From a virus (lineage: Duplodnaviria > Heunggongvirae > Uroviricota > Caudoviricetes): a DNA stretch of 64,000 nucleotides. Within the stretch, counting starts at the first letter, position 1. Each line of letters begins with the position of its first letter. Of the stretch, positions 61,973 to 64,000 are shown piece by piece. The translations under genes and the position numbers were made by a program. The DNA is taken from positions 1 to 64,000 of IMG/VR virus record IMGVR_UViG_3300001605_000025; one strand, 5' to 3'. The notes beneath the pieces are model-generated. The model was not told where the DNA came from. It saw nothing but the letters and a program-made list of their open reading frames with translations, and did not search any database.

Positions 61973-63496
61973 TTACCCCGTTAAAAAAGTATAGTGTTCA
62001 ATATCCTTTAACATTGTTCCACGATCAGCTTCAAACATTGGAACAAACTTGAATACTGCATCGCTGTATCCACTAATCGGACATGTTAACGGATCCGACT
62101 CTGGAATCTTAAGTAGTCCGTAAGACGATACATCGAAACTATACAGTCTACAGTTCGGATTGACTTTCATCCTGTACTGTTTAAGCACATCCTGAACGTC
62201 ACTACCGTACCCGTAGCTATTATAGCACTGCATATCGGAGAACAAGAAGATCCGATCGTAGAACTGGTTCTTCGATAATATATCAGTTATTGCTAACCAA
62301 GCATTAGTAGAATGACCAACGTCAGTAGTAGCAACTTTCTGCATATTAGTAAGAATGCTGTCACGTTTAGATAACGGTACAGTCTTGTAAGTTTGTCCGA
62401 ACGCACCAACTGTTGCCTCCTCACATACATGTAACGAGATTGCACTGAACAGTGATGCGATATCAATGCACTGAACAGTACTCTTATCGGAAACGTCTGA
62501 ATGCATCGATCCACTGTTATCAGACGCAATAAATGTCTTGCCTGATATCCGTGGAACATTCTCAACGGATATAGTCATTGCATCGTTTATCGCATCCAGA
62601 ACTTTTGTAGGTCCACCTACCTCACGGTAAGCACTGAAGAACCTATAGGGGAACTGTTTACTTTTCCGTACAGCAACAGGATCCGTTAACCGCTTCAGAT
62701 AAAGATTCATATCAACATCATGCTTCTGGAAGTTTCTTAAGTTCCTCAGTAGCGCCATGTAGCCCATCTTTGGAATTACTTCCTCCCATGTCCTCTTAGA
62801 AGCACCGTTCTTCGAAATGTGAGTCTCCCAAGTAAACGGAGTCTCCAATGTTCCGTTGATAATCTTATCATACAGTACCTGTTGTTCTGCAGATTTCGGT
62901 TTCGGATGTGTCAGGAAGATAACATCTTTCAGTGTTACCTTTCCTTCACGATTATACTTCGCCAGCTGGTATTCATCAAACTGGTTTAACGCATCACTAA
63001 TACCCTTCTTTAGCATTCCAGGTATCGGAGCGAATGTCTTCGGTACATACTTCTTACCTTGAGCTTCAAGTGAGGCTTTCCGTTTCGCTTCTACTTCTGG
63101 GTTAATAGGTGACGACGCTAAAAAGTATGCTATCGCTTCTGCGGGTTCGTCAGCTCTCCGAAGAATACTTGAAACATATTTATACGCACCTTCCAGTTTA
63201 GTTCCAGCCTTAGCATACTCAACTAATAGAAACACAGGAACAGTTCTCAAGTACATTTCGTTCCGTGCATATGCCGCCAACTTCGGTACGTACTCAGGAT
63301 CGTTTACACTGATCCGTTTAACAAGATTCAGTATAGCATCGCTAGTCTGTTTCTCCTTCGTATAGTATGAGTCTCCAGACATCATAAACGACATCGTGTG
63401 GAGCATCAATGCTAACTTGTCAGAAGGCTTATACGCTTCCGCCCCCTCATAGTTAACGGGTTTCGTTCCGTTTGGTTTTGCATTAAATCTCGCCAT
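61973..63496 (-). CDS. rsr: Ro60/Rsr-like TROVE-domain protein with C-terminal vWA (MIDAS) domain
   Basis: 507 aa; N-terminal VNYEGAEAYKPSD (cf. Rsr NNAGGFVYTVSD), HEAT-like repeats, C-terminal MIDAS DNSGSM and TDVGHSTNAW...SD motifs. Confidence 0.75.
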   Translation of the reverse strand: MARFNAKPNGTKPVNYEGAEAYKPSDKLALMLHTMSFMMSGDSYYTKEKQTSDAILNLVKRISVNDPEYVPKLAAYARNEMYLRTVPVFLLVEYAKAGTKLEGAYKYVSSILRRADEPAEAIAYFLASSPINPEVEAKRKASLEAQGKKYVPKTFAPIPGMLKKGISDALNQFDEYQLAKYNREGKVTLKDVIFLTHPKPKSAEQQVLYDKIINGTLETPFTWETHISKNGASKRTWEEVIPKMGYMALLRNLRNFQKHDVDMNLYLKRLTDPVAVRKSKQFPYRFFSAYREVGGPTKVLDAINDAMTISVENVPRISGKTFIASDNSGSMHSDVSDKSTVQCIDIASLFSAISLHVCEEATVGAFGQTYKTVPLSKRDSILTNMQKVATTDVGHSTNAWLAITDILSKNQFYDRIFLFSDMQCYNSYGYGSDVQDVLKQYRMKVNPNCRLYSFDVSSYGLLKIPESDPLTCPISGYSDAVFKFVPMFEADRGTMLKDIEHYTFLTG

Positions 63497-63522
63497 AACA
63501 CTTCTCCAGTATTAGGTATTCG

Positions 63523-63609
63523 GACTTCGGTACTTAACGGTAACGGGTGGGAGTTGAACCCACACTGACTATCATCGTACTTGTCAGCTCCACCATGTAC
63601 GACAGGGCA
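63523..63609 (-). tRNA. tRNA-like element A: perfect 7-bp acceptor stem (GTAACGG/CCGTTAC) and canonical T-arm (GTGGG TTCAACT CCCAC); the 47-nt internal region does not fold by eye into standard D and anticodon arms (type II tRNA or tRNA mimic)
   Basis: Manual reverse-complement and folding; ends ~45 nt upstream of the rsr start codon. Confidence 0.4.
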
Positions 63610-63612
63610 ATT

Positions 63613-63690
63613 CCGTTACCAATGTGACTGCTGGGATTTGAACCCAGGTCGCTCGCGTGGAAGGCGAAGTAACTGTCAACTACGCCACTC
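63613..63690 (-). tRNA. tRNA-like element B: canonical T-arm (CTGGG TTCAAAT CCCAG), anticodon-like arm TTCGC-CTTCCAC-GCGAG (UCC, Gly-like), D-arm-like GTAG-TTGACAG-TTAC, but local acceptor pairing only 5/7; a perfect partner GTGACTG lies at 63737-63743
   Basis: Manual folding; may be a degenerate tRNA-Gly or a Y-RNA-like element with a terminal stem. Confidence 0.35.
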
Positions 63691-63952
63691 TCTTAAGGGT
63701 ACAACCGTTTACAGCTATGTTAAGCATGATGAACCGTACTACACTACAGTCACTACATTAATTGTATGACAGGTGGGGGGGTTATATCCTCTCCGCTTAC
63801 AGATGGAAGCGTCTTTTACCGAGGTGCTTTACCTCTGACCATCGTACCTGTCACTAGTAATGATTGGAGGAACAATCGTTAACGGTGTTATTCCGGTAAG
63901 TCTGAAGTAACCGTTAACTTTACCATCCAATCTCTAACATATCGTTAGATAG

Positions 63953-64000
63953 TGAGTCTGTCCGGATTTGAACCGGAACCTCTTCATCCACAGTGAAGTA
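63953..64000 (-). tRNA. tRNA-His (GUG), partial: 3' half only, 5' end beyond window
   Basis: Anticodon stem CTTCA/TGAAG with loop CTGTGGA (anticodon GTG), T-arm TCCGG TTCAAAT CCGGA, acceptor 3' strand CAGACTC + discriminator A. Confidence 0.55.

Noticed and set aside
63497-63690. Ro60-binding-site-like motif GTCCGAA (before the rsr start) pairing with TTGAC in element B, as in metazoan Y RNA GGUCCGA/UUGACC
   Set aside because: Only 5-6 bp with no extended helix, and the strand order is reversed relative to known Y RNAs. Probably chance.
63862-63931. 70-nt element closed by a 7-bp stem (GATTGGA/TCCAATC) considered as a tRNA
   Set aside because: No T-arm or anticodon arm. It folds as one long hairpin, GTTAACGGT/ACCGTTAAC.

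Overview
This 64 kb window looks like part of a tailed dsDNA phage (siphovirus-like) genome, about 41% GC. Most genes have strong AGGAGG-type Shine-Dalgarno sites and one embedded domain is YpsA-like, which points to a Firmicute-type host, although the replication and repair genes look archaeo-eukaryotic. Coordinates follow the supplied ORF track; starts were adjusted only where an ATG with a Shine-Dalgarno site was evident, and all domain calls are by eye from the translations with no searches run.

Layout:
- 1-9978: a leftward block of small early genes, including an SPFH/band-7 protein, a classical AAA ATPase and many Cys-rich zinc-ribbon proteins.
- 10190-10500: a GC-rich non-coding island.
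- 11452-12336: an 885-bp tract with zero G on the + strand, so a leftward operon of four small genes has no cytosine in its mRNA.
- 12479-42023: rightward packaging, head and tail module (TerS, TerL, portal, protease-scaffold fusion, major capsid, major tail, chaperone, tape measure, Dit, Tal, PKD-domain protein, two paralogous beta-helix receptor-binding proteins, a 42-nt tandem-repeat fibre gene, XhlA-like tail-anchored membrane proteins).
- 42020-63496: leftward replication and nucleotide-metabolism block (ERCC4/XPF-HhH nuclease, QueE and QueD with a possible FolE2-like gene, a distant DpdA-like candidate, RNase H, class II RNR, divergent thymidylate-synthase-family enzyme, Cas4-like nuclease, dCTP deaminase, family B polymerase, Sak4-like ATPase, Ro60/TROVE-vWA homologue).
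- 63520-64000: tRNA and tRNA-like genes directly upstream of the Ro60 gene.

Two signals stand out. The first is the cytosine-free transcription unit. The second is the 2374-aa tape measure protein, which carries an embedded YpsA-like SLOG domain and an NT5C-like HAD nucleotidase domain.
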